From Candidatus Woesearchaeota archaeon (GTDB lineage Archaea; Nanobdellota; Nanobdellia; Woesearchaeales; UBA10216): 34,078 nucleotides of DNA. Location: contig JACPBX010000008.1 in NCBI GenBank assembly GCA_016180085.1, positions 1-34,078 of the forward strand, in the 5' to 3' direction. How positions within the stretch are numbered: the first letter of the stretch is position 1; each line of letters begins with the position of its first letter. The notes below the pieces were generated by a model. The model did no database searches. It was not told the origin of the DNA and saw nothing but the letters and a program-made list of their open reading frames with translations. This document shows, piece after piece, positions 7,356 through 17,300 of this stretch. Made by a program: the position numbers and the translations under genes.

Positions 7356-9740
7356 TCACTTTATGGAGTGCCCGCCGAACTGCTCCCTGAGCCCCGAGAG
7401 GACTTTTCCAGTGTAAGTTTTGCTGTTTTTCTCCGACCACTTCCTGAACTGCATGGCCCCCTCAATGATTTTTGCCTTGGCCTTGAGTTCCTTTGCTGTT
7501 TTGACTGTCCAGGCCCCTTCTCCCGTGTGGCCAACCTTGCCCGAAACTCCCTTTAGGTCTTCTCCGTGAAGCTCAAAAGCCGCCTTGAGCCAGCCGGCGA
7601 GCCTTGACTCTATGACGCTGCCGTGGTTGTAAATGTCCGCAACCCTTTTCAGGTCAAGCCTGTAACCTGACTTTTTCAGAATCTCAAAGCCTTCTGCCAG
7701 GGCCTGCATCATGCCGTACTCAATTCCGTTGTGCACCATCTTCACAAAGTGGCCTGCCCCTGCTCCCTGGAAGAACTGCACGCCGTTTGTGGCGGCGTAA
7801 TCAACTAGCAGGGGCAGCAGGTATTCATAGTCCTTTTTCTCACCGCCAACCATGAGGCATGCCCCTCGCCTTGAACCTCCCGGCCCTCCTGACACGCCAA
7901 CATCCGCAAACCTTATCCCTCTCCTGGTCAGCTCATTGTGCCTCCTTGCCGAGTCCTTGTAGTATGAGTTTCCGCCGTCAACTATTATGTCACCCTTCTG
8001 CAGACAGTGGACAAGGCCATTGTGCTCCATTGTACCGAATATCATTTCGTCTACCGGATTTCCTGCGGGCAGCATGAGCCAGATTATTCTTGGATGTTTT
8101 AGCTTGCCCACAAGTTCCTGCAGCGAGTAAGCTCCTTTAAGGCCGTGCTTTTCAAACTCCTTGGTTTTCTCTGCTGTCCTGTTGTAGGCCACAACCTTCC
8201 AGTCCTTTTCGTGCATCCTTAGCGCCATGTTGCCGCCCATCCTGCCAAGCCCGATTATGCCAAGTTCTTTGGCGAATCCCGGCCGCACAGACTCTTCTTC
8301 TATTCTTGCCGACATCCTTGAGGCGTAGTCAGTATCTGGCATGTACGTCCTCAGCGGCACAGCGTTATTCTTCCATGCATATACATAGGGGTCAATGAAT
8401 TTCCACATGGCATTTACTTCCTCACTGCTTATGAAGAGGGTCTGGTCTCCTACGATGCAATCCAGAAGGAGCCTTTCATACTCTTCAACGTACTGTACCC
8501 GGTTCTCTGCTTCCCTGTAAAGCATCTTCAAAGCTCTTTTGTCTATTTCTGACGTGAGGCCTGGCTTTTTGAGCCAGAAATGGACAGTTATGGCCTCCAC
8601 CGGCTCCAGGCTGAACACGACCTCACTGTGGTAGTGCTTGGCGGCTGTTGGCTGGCACAGGCATGGCGCCGGGTGCTTTAGCACAACAACTATCTCTTTC
8701 TTGGGCTCTCCCATTCTTTTGCCGCTTTCCATTATTATTGGGACGCCCTGCCACCTTTCATTGTCAATGTACGCCCTGATTTTGAAGTAGGTCTCAGTTT
8801 GCGATTCTGGCGCTACACCATTAATTTTCCTGTAGCCGTCGTACTGTGCCCTGAAGGAGTTGTTCCTGATTTCCTCCTCAGCCGGTATTTTCAGTGCCTT
8901 CAGCACCCTTGCCCTTTGCGTCCTTATGGCGTTCGGCTCCAGCTTAACAGGATGGTCCATGGCAGCAAGCGCAAGCATCTGCAGCAGGTGGTTCTGGCCT
9001 ACATCCCTGAGGCAGCCTATGCTGTCGTAAAAGCTTCCTCTGTCATCAACGCCCAGCTCCTCAAACACCCTGATATGTATTCGCTCTATGAACTGGTTGT
9101 TCCAGCTCTGCTCGAAAAGGCTGTTGGAGAACCTGAAAGAGAGTATGTTTTGCAGCATGTCCTTGCCCAGGTAGTGGTCTATCCTGTAGATTTGCTCTTC
9201 CTTGAACAGCTTGCCCAGCAGTAGGTCCAGTTCTTCAGCTGTCTTGAGGTCCTTGCCAAAGGGCTTCTCAACCATTACCCGTGTCCAGCCCTCTTCCGGC
9301 CCGCATCCTTTTGTCAGGCCTGAGGCTGCCAGGTTATTGAATATGTTCTTGTAGAACTCCGGGGCAACTGCAAGGTAGAACAGCTTGTTGGTGCACACTC
9401 CCCACTGCGAATCTATCTGCCCAATTTTCTTAGCCAGGCTCTTGTATGTGGTTTTTTTGTCAAAAAGCCCCTTGTGGTAGGAGAAGAGCTGCAGGAAAGG
9501 CTTCAGCTCAGGGTCGGCCTTTGTTGTGTCCTTGTGCTGGCTGAGGAATTCCGCAACCATTCTCCTGAAGTCTTTGTCAGAGTAGTCACGCCTGGAAACC
9601 CCCACTACCCTGAACATCCTTGGCAGCATGCGCTTCTTGTGGAGGTGGAACAGGGCAGGCACTATTTTCCTGGCCATCAAGTCGCCTGTTGCGCCGAATA
9701 TTACTACTGTTGACGGAATGTTCTGTTTCGGGCTGAGCAT
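7356..9740 (-). CDS. zwf-gnd: Fused glucose-6-phosphate dehydrogenase / decarboxylating 6-phosphogluconate dehydrogenase (short type)
   Basis: N-terminal GATGDL, EKPFG, RIDHYLGKD, RDVGQNH; C-terminal GIIGLGRMG, DGGNS, GVSGG, KMVHNGIEYG; one uninterrupted 794-aa ORF. Confidence 0.93.
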   Translation of the reverse strand: MLSPKQNIPSTVVIFGATGDLMARKIVPALFHLHKKRMLPRMFRVVGVSRRDYSDKDFRRMVAEFLSQHKDTTKADPELKPFLQLFSYHKGLFDKKTTYKSLAKKIGQIDSQWGVCTNKLFYLAVAPEFYKNIFNNLAASGLTKGCGPEEGWTRVMVEKPFGKDLKTAEELDLLLGKLFKEEQIYRIDHYLGKDMLQNILSFRFSNSLFEQSWNNQFIERIHIRVFEELGVDDRGSFYDSIGCLRDVGQNHLLQMLALAAMDHPVKLEPNAIRTQRARVLKALKIPAEEEIRNNSFRAQYDGYRKINGVAPESQTETYFKIRAYIDNERWQGVPIIMESGKRMGEPKKEIVVVLKHPAPCLCQPTAAKHYHSEVVFSLEPVEAITVHFWLKKPGLTSEIDKRALKMLYREAENRVQYVEEYERLLLDCIVGDQTLFISSEEVNAMWKFIDPYVYAWKNNAVPLRTYMPDTDYASRMSARIEEESVRPGFAKELGIIGLGRMGGNMALRMHEKDWKVVAYNRTAEKTKEFEKHGLKGAYSLQELVGKLKHPRIIWLMLPAGNPVDEMIFGTMEHNGLVHCLQKGDIIVDGGNSYYKDSARRHNELTRRGIRFADVGVSGGPGGSRRGACLMVGGEKKDYEYLLPLLVDYAATNGVQFFQGAGAGHFVKMVHNGIEYGMMQALAEGFEILKKSGYRLDLKRVADIYNHGSVIESRLAGWLKAAFELHGEDLKGVSGKVGHTGEGAWTVKTAKELKAKAKIIEGAMQFRKWSEKNSKTYTGKVLSGLREQFGGHSIK

Positions 9741-9925
9741 CCTGCTGGCCGTATTGAGTTTTTGATATAAACCTTTTGTTTGCGGCTTAAACGCATTTTT
9801 TTGTCTTTGTTTTCCTGTACACTGATGTTTCGGGTTTTTTATAGTGCGAATGCTAGTTTTCGGCTGATTTGTTCGAGTTTTTCTCGAGGTTTTCTTTTAG
9901 CTTTTGAAGCATCGGCTGCCATTTT

Positions 9926-10318
9926 TTAATAGCGCTCAATCCTCAGGCCCTTTACTCTTGAGAAGTGTTTGATATTCCGTGTCAGGACTGTTTCGTTTTC
10001 CAGCAAAGCGGTTGCGGCTATCATTGCGTCAATGTTGTCTATGCCCTGGCCTCCCTTTGCAAGTGTTCCATGAATCTCCCCTGCTTTTTCAGCCATAGGC
10101 GCTGTCAGGGCAATCGTGCTTATCCCTGACAGGGCTCTCATGACTTTAAGCCTTTCTTCCTCGCTTTTTTTTGAATGGCCTACGCCCGACCACAACTCAA
10201 ATATTGCTGCACTGCTCACCCGATACGTTTCACTTTTTTCCACAAGCTTCCTGTGCCTATTTAGCGCGCCTTCATCCATCTCCATAAGATCAATTATGAA
10301 GCTAGTATCCAGTATCAT
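9926..10318 (-). CDS. vapC: VapC PIN-domain toxin
   Basis: ILDTSFIID, FELWSG, DAMIAATAL and LTRNIKHF PIN motifs. Confidence 0.93.
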   Translation of the reverse strand: MILDTSFIIDLMEMDEGALNRHRKLVEKSETYRVSSAAIFELWSGVGHSKKSEEERLKVMRALSGISTIALTAPMAEKAGEIHGTLAKGGQGIDNIDAMIAATALLENETVLTRNIKHFSRVKGLRIERY

Positions 10319-10548
10319 TCAAATCTGGCCCACGTCTTTTTTATTCTTTCTTCTGTAGTCGCCCTTGAAGATTTGAGGTGCGCCCTCATGTCATCCGCTT
10401 CCTTTTTTGTCAAAAGTCCAACTAGCTCTGCTAGCGGGTCTTTATTTGTTATGCGCATTATGGCATCTGTGAAGCTCTCGTCTTCACTTTTTGTGCTTTT
10501 TAGGCGGTTATACGCATTCTCTGTAATTGTTATCGTTTTGACAGCCAT
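10315..10548 (-). CDS. vapB: VapB antitoxin, archaeal DUF217/UPF0330 type
   Basis: KTITITENAYNRLKSTKSEDESFTDAIMRI; overlaps the vapC start by 4 nt. Confidence 0.88.
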   Translation of the reverse strand: MAVKTITITENAYNRLKSTKSEDESFTDAIMRITNKDPLAELVGLLTKKEADDMRAHLKSSRATTEERIKKTWARFE

Positions 10549-10558
10549 AATTAAACAC

Positions 10559-10576
10559 ATATAAGTGCACTTATAT
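10559..10576. promoter_or_regulatory. Perfect 18-bp palindrome overlapping the vapB TATA box (probable antitoxin operator)
   Basis: ATATAAGTGCACTTATAT, 10 nt upstream of the vapB ATG, overlapping TTTATATAA on the minus strand. Confidence 0.7.
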
Positions 10577-10645
10577 AAACATTTCGGTTTATGCATGAGT
10601 TTGTTCAAGAAACATTTAAGTAACGGAAGCTTTTCCGGCAGCATA

Positions 10646-11227
10646 ATGGCCGATTATGAAGTCCGTGTTGACAGGAAAAAATGCATCGGAGCCGGCTTTT
10701 GCGAAAAGCTAGTGCCGAGGATGTTTAAGGTTGATGCCAAAAATAGGGCCACACTAAATAATGGCGTTGTTGTGGGCGATGAAGCCGTCGCCTTGACAGT
10801 GGGCGATACCGACCTCAAAGACAGCGTAATGGCTGCTAAGGTCTGCCCTTCTTATGCCATTTCAGTAGCCAATAAGGCAACGGGCGAAAACATGCTCGAC
10901 ATTGAGCCTGAGATGCACATTCCGGTGAAGATGATTGATGCCCATTACGACAGCATGAAGGAATGGTCTATGGACCCTCTCGGCTTTTTCACAATAAAGC
11001 CGTTTCCTGACGAAGGCTTAATCAGAGTCAGGTACTACAATGCCAAACACCAGCTTGCAGCAGAAATAGAGGGCAAAACTGCAGAGGAGCTTTACAACAC
11101 CATCTGCCGTGAGGGACTAGTCTCAGGCTTATCTCATGCAGCTTACTTGGGCAGCGAACTCCAGAAAGCTGAAATTGCCATTAAGAAGCGCCTGCTTTAC
11201 GTGCAGGATGACCCTCTAAAGATTTAG
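10646..11227 (+). CDS. Ferredoxin (single cluster, CxxAxxC...CP) fused to a DUF4346 domain
   Basis: CIGAGFC...VCPSYAI at the N-terminus; MDPLGFF, EGKTAEEL and SHAAYLGSELQKAEIA...YVQD at the C-terminus. Confidence 0.8.
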   Translation: MADYEVRVDRKKCIGAGFCEKLVPRMFKVDAKNRATLNNGVVVGDEAVALTVGDTDLKDSVMAAKVCPSYAISVANKATGENMLDIEPEMHIPVKMIDAHYDSMKEWSMDPLGFFTIKPFPDEGLIRVRYYNAKHQLAAEIEGKTAEELYNTICREGLVSGLSHAAYLGSELQKAEIAIKKRLLYVQDDPLKI

Positions 11228-12144
11228 CCCAATTTTCTTATGTACTGGCCAAGAGTTTTTGCTGACCTGTGCAGCAATGCCTGTTCCTGCTTGTTAAGCG
11301 TTAGTTCTATAGTTCGTTCTATCCCTTTCCTGTTAATGACACATGGTATGCTCAGGCATACGTTGTTAACGCCGTAATAGTTGCTTACCAAGGTCGATAC
11401 AGGGAACACGTCGTTTCTGTCTGTAAGTATCGCTTTTACCACCTGCGTTATTGCAAGCCCTATTGCGTAGTAGGTTGCGCCTTTCTTTGCTATAACCTCA
11501 TACGCGGACTCTTTTGTTTTCCTAAATATCTGCTGCAGTGCCTTGGCGCTGTATTCAGGGAATTCCCTCAGCGGCTTCCCTGAGATGTTTGCCGTGCTCC
11601 ATACTGGAAATTCTGTATCGCCGTGCTCCCCAAGCACAAACGCATGGACGTGCTGCGGGCTGACTTTGAACCTGTGGCTTAGCCAGTACCTGAGCCTTGC
11701 CGTGTCAAGCAGCGTGCCTGAGCCTATGACCCTTCTTTTTGGGAAGCGCGAGTACTTTAGCGCGAGGTATGTTAAGATGTCAACGGGGTTTGTCACTATC
11801 AGAAGTATGCAGTCAGGGCTGTTCTTTGCTATCTTCGGGATTATTTCCCTGAAAATCCTGGCGTTCTTCTCAACAAGGTCAAGCCTTGTTTCGCCTTTGC
11901 CCTGGTGCAGGCCTGCGCACACTATTACTATGTCAGCCCCTTTGCAAAGGCCGTAATTGTTCCCAAAGGTTATTTTGGTTGTGTTTACGAACTGCAGGCC
12001 GTGCTTCAGGTCCAAAGCCTCGCCTTCTGCCCTTTGCCTGTTTATGTCTGTCAGTGCAATCTCAGTAGCCAGGCCTTCAATCATCAGCGCATAGGCTGCT
12101 GTTGCCCCTACAAACCCCGCTCCCACAATTGCAATTTTTGGCAT
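11224..12144 (-). CDS. ldh: L-lactate dehydrogenase
   Basis: GAGFVG, NPVD, SGTLLDTAR, GEHGD; specificity loop AGLHQGKGETRLDL has Q (LDH) rather than R (MDH). Confidence 0.88.
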   Translation of the reverse strand: MPKIAIVGAGFVGATAAYALMIEGLATEIALTDINRQRAEGEALDLKHGLQFVNTTKITFGNNYGLCKGADIVIVCAGLHQGKGETRLDLVEKNARIFREIIPKIAKNSPDCILLIVTNPVDILTYLALKYSRFPKRRVIGSGTLLDTARLRYWLSHRFKVSPQHVHAFVLGEHGDTEFPVWSTANISGKPLREFPEYSAKALQQIFRKTKESAYEVIAKKGATYYAIGLAITQVVKAILTDRNDVFPVSTLVSNYYGVNNVCLSIPCVINRKGIERTIELTLNKQEQALLHRSAKTLGQYIRKLG

Positions 12145-12147
12145 AAG

Positions 12148-12573
12148 TTACCCTGTGCTCCCGAACCCGCCTCTCGTTTTCCCCATTTTGTCAGTTTCTT
12201 CCCATTCAAACCTGTCCACTTTCACAAATATTCCCTGCGCTACCCTTTCGCCTTTCTCAACTTTAACAACTTTATCTGTGTTGTTATAGACCTGCACTTT
12301 TACCTCATCGCCTTCTCCGCAGTAGTCGTTGTCAATTACGCCTATGCCGTGGGGCTTAATCAGCCCTTTCTTTCTTGGCGTAGAGCTTCGCAGCGCAACC
12401 AGCAGCATATATCCTTGCGGCGTTTCAACAATAATGTTTCCTGGAATAAGTGCAATCTCGCGCGGCTTTATCTCCATGTCCTCCCTAGAATAAATGTCAA
12501 ACCCCACCGAGCCGGAAGTCTGGTAAGTCGGCAGAGGCAGTGACTTGTCTACGCGCTTTATTTTGACTTTCAT
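12148..12573 (-). CDS. dut: Trimeric dUTP diphosphatase
   Basis: GSVGFD, RSS, GVIDNDY, ERVAQG and RGGFGSTG motifs. Confidence 0.95.
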   Translation of the reverse strand: MKVKIKRVDKSLPLPTYQTSGSVGFDIYSREDMEIKPREIALIPGNIIVETPQGYMLLVALRSSTPRKKGLIKPHGIGVIDNDYCGEGDEVKVQVYNNTDKVVKVEKGERVAQGIFVKVDRFEWEETDKMGKTRGGFGSTG

Positions 12574-12582
12574 TGTAGTACC

Positions 12583-13029
12583 CTATTTCTTAATCAGCTT
12601 CTTCAGCTCTTTCTCGAAGCTTTCCAGGTCGGCGAACTGCCTGTAGACCGAAGCGAACCTTATGTAAGCGACTTTGTCGAGCTTCTTCAGTTTTCTCATA
12701 ACCAGTTCGCCAACGTGGCTGCTGCTTACCTCTTTCTTTTCTTCGTTTCGCAGCTCGGCCTCTATCTCATCAACTGCATGGTCTATCTTTTCCTGCGGTA
12801 TGGGTCTTTTCTCGCAGGCTTTCGTCATGCCGTTTCTGAGCTTCTCGCGGTTAAAGGGCTCCCTTCTCCCGTCCTTTTTCACAACTACGAGGTCAAAGGG
12901 CTCAATCCTTTCGTAAGTCGTAAACCTTTTTTTGCAGCGAAGGCACTCTCTCCTGCGCCGCGTTGCCTCGTTTGCTTCGCGTTTGTCAACTACCTTGTGA
13001 TCCTCGTTGCCGCAGTAGGGACAGTTCAT
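12583..13029 (-). CDS. nrdR: Transcriptional repressor NrdR
   Basis: [26 protein letters not shown]-cone, and [16 protein letters not shown]. Confidence 0.97.
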   Translation of the reverse strand: MNCPYCGNEDHKVVDKREANEATRRRRECLRCKKRFTTYERIEPFDLVVVKKDGRREPFNREKLRNGMTKACEKRPIPQEKIDHAVDEIEAELRNEEKKEVSSSHVGELVMRKLKKLDKVAYIRFASVYRQFADLESFEKELKKLIKK

Positions 13030-13074
13030 TGCAACCGTAGGAATGCTTCGCAGCTGTTTTTAAATGTTGCTGCA

Positions 13075-13641
13075 TCAAATTGGCAGCTCTGATTTCAGCT
13101 TCGATATTAATGCTTCAGTTTCCAGGCTCCTGTTTTCTACTACCCAGCTGTATAGCAGTGGGCTCAGCGTCACGGAGAATGCAAGGTTTCCTGCCAGATG
13201 CAGGAGAGTGAATGGTATTTGTCCTGTCACTGCCTGCACGAATGGCTGTGCGAAAAAGAGAGGGCCTATTGTCAGGCCTGTGGCAGCATCGTAAGCCAGA
13301 GTCCCTAATACAGAAAATATTGCATAGTTTTTGACAGAGCTTTTTCTGCTTTTGAAAAACCATGCGGCGCCAATCCCAACTGCCCCGTAGGCAGCCGCTG
13401 TTATCAATGTCCAGATTCCAGCCTTTTTGGTGAATAAGTCGAACAAAGTTATGCTGAGGAAGCCAAAAGCAAACCCTCCCAAGTAGCCGAATTTTTTGCT
13501 GAAAGGCATGTTTGCGGTCATCACAGGCTCAATATTCGGCGGCCTGAATGGTATTAGCCTTATTGCGAAGCATGCAACAAAACCTATAACGTATTTTGCC
13601 AAATTATTTTTGGCGAGTGTAATTTCCTTCATCTTTTCCAA
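13075..13641 (-). CDS. ECF-type S-component, probably cobalamin-specific (CbrT/BtuM-like)
   Basis: About six TM helices with RLIPFRPPNIEP near the N-terminus and a C-terminal IPFTLLHLAGN; specificity inferred from adjacency to pduO and nrdJ. Confidence 0.65.
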   Translation of the reverse strand: MEKMKEITLAKNNLAKYVIGFVACFAIRLIPFRPPNIEPVMTANMPFSKKFGYLGGFAFGFLSITLFDLFTKKAGIWTLITAAAYGAVGIGAAWFFKSRKSSVKNYAIFSVLGTLAYDAATGLTIGPLFFAQPFVQAVTGQIPFTLLHLAGNLAFSVTLSPLLYSWVVENRSLETEALISKLKSELPI

Positions 13642-14174
13642 TACTCGTAGTTTGGCTTTTCTTCCGTAATGCTCCTTCTTCTGTTCTCAACCCTTGCCAT
13701 TATGTGGAGCAGCGATGACAGCCTGTTGGCGTACTTAAGCAGCAGCGGGTTAACCTCCGCGGATTTTGCCAATCTTACCAGCTGCCTTTCAGCCCTTCTT
13801 GAGACAGTCCTGGAGAGGTGGAGCAGGGCTGCCTCTTTGCTTCCTCCCGGCAGCAGGAAGGAGTGTTGGGGCTCCACAAACCTTTCGCATTCCGCGATTA
13901 TTTTTTCAATCCTTTCAACGTGCTTTTCTGTTATTTTCGGAACAGTTTCCACCGCAGCTCCAAGCTCTGCGCATATTGTGTGAATATCATCCTGCGCAGA
14001 CTTCAAAATTCTAACTGTATCATCAGAGCCGGCAAAAGCCCCCACAACGCCAATCACAGAATTAAGCTCGTCATAAGTGCCAAGGGCTTCTATCCTATCA
14101 TCATCCTTCTCTACGCCTGTTTTCCCAAGCAAGCACGTCGTTCCATTGTCTCCTTTGCCAGTGTACAATGCCAT
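13629..14174 (-). CDS. pduO: ATP:cob(I)alamin adenosyltransferase, PduO type
   Basis: YTGKGDNGTT, ALGTYDELNSVIG, LHLSRTVSRRAER and NRLSSLLH motifs. Confidence 0.95.
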   Translation of the reverse strand: MALYTGKGDNGTTCLLGKTGVEKDDDRIEALGTYDELNSVIGVVGAFAGSDDTVRILKSAQDDIHTICAELGAAVETVPKITEKHVERIEKIIAECERFVEPQHSFLLPGGSKEAALLHLSRTVSRRAERQLVRLAKSAEVNPLLLKYANRLSSLLHIMARVENRRRSITEEKPNYEYWKR

Positions 14175-14189
14175 TTTTGGTTTTAGCTG

Positions 14190-14306
14190 TCATGTGCAGA
14201 TTCCCCAGCCGCATTCCTCGTTCTTGCAGCTGAAGCATGTGCCGTCATCCGTGTCTTCCTTTTCCACCGGGCCGCCGCAGTTAGGGCATTTCGTTATTTC
14301 GTTCAT
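14190..14306 (-). CDS. 38-aa Cys-rich Zn-ribbon microprotein (below the ORF-track size limit)
   Basis: Manual translation MNEITKCPNCGGPVEKEDTDDGTCFSCKNEECGWGICT; fits between nrdJ and pduO with 15-nt gaps on each side. Confidence 0.75.
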   Translation of the reverse strand: MNEITKCPNCGGPVEKEDTDDGTCFSCKNEECGWGICT

Positions 14307-14321
14307 TTTTTCCTGCTAATG

Positions 14322-17300
14322 TCATACTTCGCACTTGCTGAAGCCGCACGTTTCGTTAAGGCAGCTGTGGCAGCCGTTTTCGATTTTCAGCGTTTTATTG
14401 CTGCACGATGGGCATATGCTCAGCTTCATGTCAGAGGCTGTTATCTCTGTGCTGTTTTTGCCGTGCCCCTGCCTTGCTTCCGCGGCTGCTGCAGTCTCCA
14501 AGCCTGCAGCTGCTTTTGTGAAGACATACCTTCCTCCGTCTTTTTTAATCTGGCCGTTCTTCGCAGCGCTGTAGACTGTTGTCAGCCTTCCATCTGGCAG
14601 GGCTATCACATCATCTCCCCTCATGAGCCTTTGTTCGCCATCAACCTCAACATCATACTGCTCTTCCGCTGCTTTTTGGAACTCTGATTTCTGCGTGCCA
14701 GTGCTCAGTATCGGGTAGCGGGAGCCTTCCCTGTAGATGGTTATGCCCTTGAGGCCGTTCTTCCACGCGTCAAGGTAGATGTTTGATATGGTCTCAGGGT
14801 CAATGTCCTCAGGCAGGTTTACTGTTGATGATATGCTGTGGTCAACATATTTCTGCCATAGGCCCTGAGTCATTACCCTCTTGCCCGGGTCGATGAAATG
14901 TGCTGTCCTGAAGAAATGGGCGGGCAGTATGCGCTTCAGCTCATCAGCATCCTTGCATTTTTGCGCTTCTTCAGCCAGGTTGTGCTGCTGGATGTACGCA
15001 TCCACAGTCGAATGAAATATCTTGAAGAACATGTTGCTTCCTCCGGAACTCAGGCCCTCAGACCTCCTGGTGTAGTAAAGCGCGAATACAGGCTCTATGC
15101 CCCCGCTGACACCTATGAAATTCCTGTCACCAAGCTTGTAGCCGAGCACTATGTTGGATATTGTCCCTGTTGGCGCTATTGAAAGGATTGCGATGTTCCT
15201 GAGCCCTTTCTTCCTTATGAGTTCCTTTGTTTCGTCTGTAAGCACTTCCTGGAAGAAGTTTCCCTTGCTGTAGGCCTGATACTCGAATATCGGCGATGGC
15301 GATTTCTCCTCTGCCAGGCTTGCTGATGCCTGGTAAGCAGTATTCGAGAACAGTTTGGCAGACTCTTCGAGTATCTTTACGCCTTCCTCGCTGTCATAGC
15401 CAATGCCAAGCTGGTTAAGCATGTCTGCTATGCCCATAACACCCAATCCAACTCTTCTGGTTTCGTAAGCTGCCTTTCGCTGCTTTTCAAGCGGGTTCAG
15501 GAGCTCATTCCACGTAACCACGTTGTCCAAAAATCTCACTGCAAGCGCGGTTGTTTCCTTGATGCCGCCCCAGTCTATCTCTGCCTTGTCTGTGTAGCCG
15601 CTTTTGACAAACCTCGACAAATTGACAGATGCCAGGTTGCATGCCCCGCCGTCCTCAAGAGGAACCTCGGCGCAAGGGTTCGTGCTCGCTATTGGCCTCC
15701 CAACATAGTTGGATGGCGAGTACTTGCTCATTGTAGACCAGAATATGAGCCCTGGCTCGGCTGTCCTGTAGTTGCCTTCTATAAAGGCGTTCCAGATGGT
15801 TCTTGCCTTAACCATCCTCTTTATCTCGTTAGTCTCGCGCGAATTGTAATAAAGCATGAAGTCTCCTGCTTGCTTTATTGCAAGGTCAAACTCAGAGCCC
15901 CTGTCAGGAACGACAATGTCGCCAAACATGTCCCTCCTTCCAGCGTCAGCCAGGTCCCTTCCGCTTAACGGTCCTGCGCCGTGCTCTGACAGGAACCTGT
16001 TAAGCTCTTGCAGCGTGTCAAATGTTTTCAGCAGCCTGTATTTTTCTATCGGCTTCGATGGTATGCCGTATGAGTAGTGCACTGCCCCGCCTTGCATTAT
16101 TCCAAGTCCGGATACTGCCTTGTCTTTCAGATAAACAAGGAGCTTTTCAGTGCCATACCTATTCTGCTCATCAACCGCCTGCATGAACTCGTCTGATATC
16201 TTCAGGCTTATGTTGGCGAACCTCACCTGCGTGTTCTCCCTCACCTGCCGTTCTATTTCCCTGAGCTGCTTCTCATTGAACTGGTTCGACCACTTGCACT
16301 GCTCGACTATCTGGTTCGTCACCCAGTTCGGCATCTTCTTCACGTTTATGAAGTGCTGGCTGTCAGGGTGCTTTATGTCAATGGTGAGCATGAGGGCTCC
16401 CCTTCTTCCTGACTGCCCGATCAGCCCCGTGGTTAACGAGAAAAGCTCCATGAAGGAGACGCTTCCTGTTGAGGTATCGGCCGCGTTGTGAACTACTGAG
16501 CCTTTCGGCCTTAGCACAGATATGTCCACCCCAATCCCGCCGCCATAAGAATAAGTCCTGGCGCATTCGTAAGCAGACTGGTAGATTGACTCTATGTTGT
16601 CCTCTGCTATGAGCGAAACAAAGCAGTTGGCAAGTGTCTTTAGCCTGTATAAATCTCCCCCACCGGCAATCACTCTCCCTCCCGGCACAAAATAGCCCTC
16701 GTACAGCGCCCTGTAGAACCGTGCTGCCCATTCCTGCTGCTTTTCAGGCGTTGACTCAACAGCCGCCATAAAAGCTGCAAGCCTTGAAAACGCATCCTCA
16801 GGCCTTTTCTCAATCAGCTTGTTGCTAAGGTCCTTCAGGAAATATTTCTTCTGGTAGATGCTTGTTGCCAGCTCATTCGCATTAAGGTAGTCTCCTGGGT
16901 GAACAGGCATTTCCCCTTTCTTTTGCAGGTCTTTCAGGTAGAACAAAAGGTTCTTGTAAGCCTCAATCCTGTCATACCCTATAATTGATGCAAGCTTGCT
17001 CTTGTGGGCGAACATGTCAAGCAGCGCTGTCTTCTCACCATCGCTGCCCTTTGCAGCCTCAGCGGCCGCCTGCCTTAGTTCGGCCCTCTTTGCCCTGTAA
17101 AGTATGTACGCCTTCGCTGTCTTGGCATGGCCTTCCTCTATGAGTATCTTTTCAACAGCATCCTGGACCTCTTCCACTGTTGGTATCTTCTCGTTTTTTG
17201 ACACAAAATCAACGACAAGCCCTGACAGCCTATCTGCCTCTTTCCTGTCGCTTCCGCCAACAGACCTTGCAGCCTTCATGATGGCAGAGGTTATTTTTTC

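Noticed and set aside
9741-9925. Short minus-strand ORFs (27 and 19 aa) and a weak TCGAG/CTCGA hairpin between vapC and zwf
   Set aside because: No motif or clear RBS; more likely terminator and promoter sequence.
14461-14520. GCTGCAG/CTGCAGC inverted repeat in the NrdJ linker
   Set aside because: Explained by alanine codons; lacks the double-hairpin architecture.
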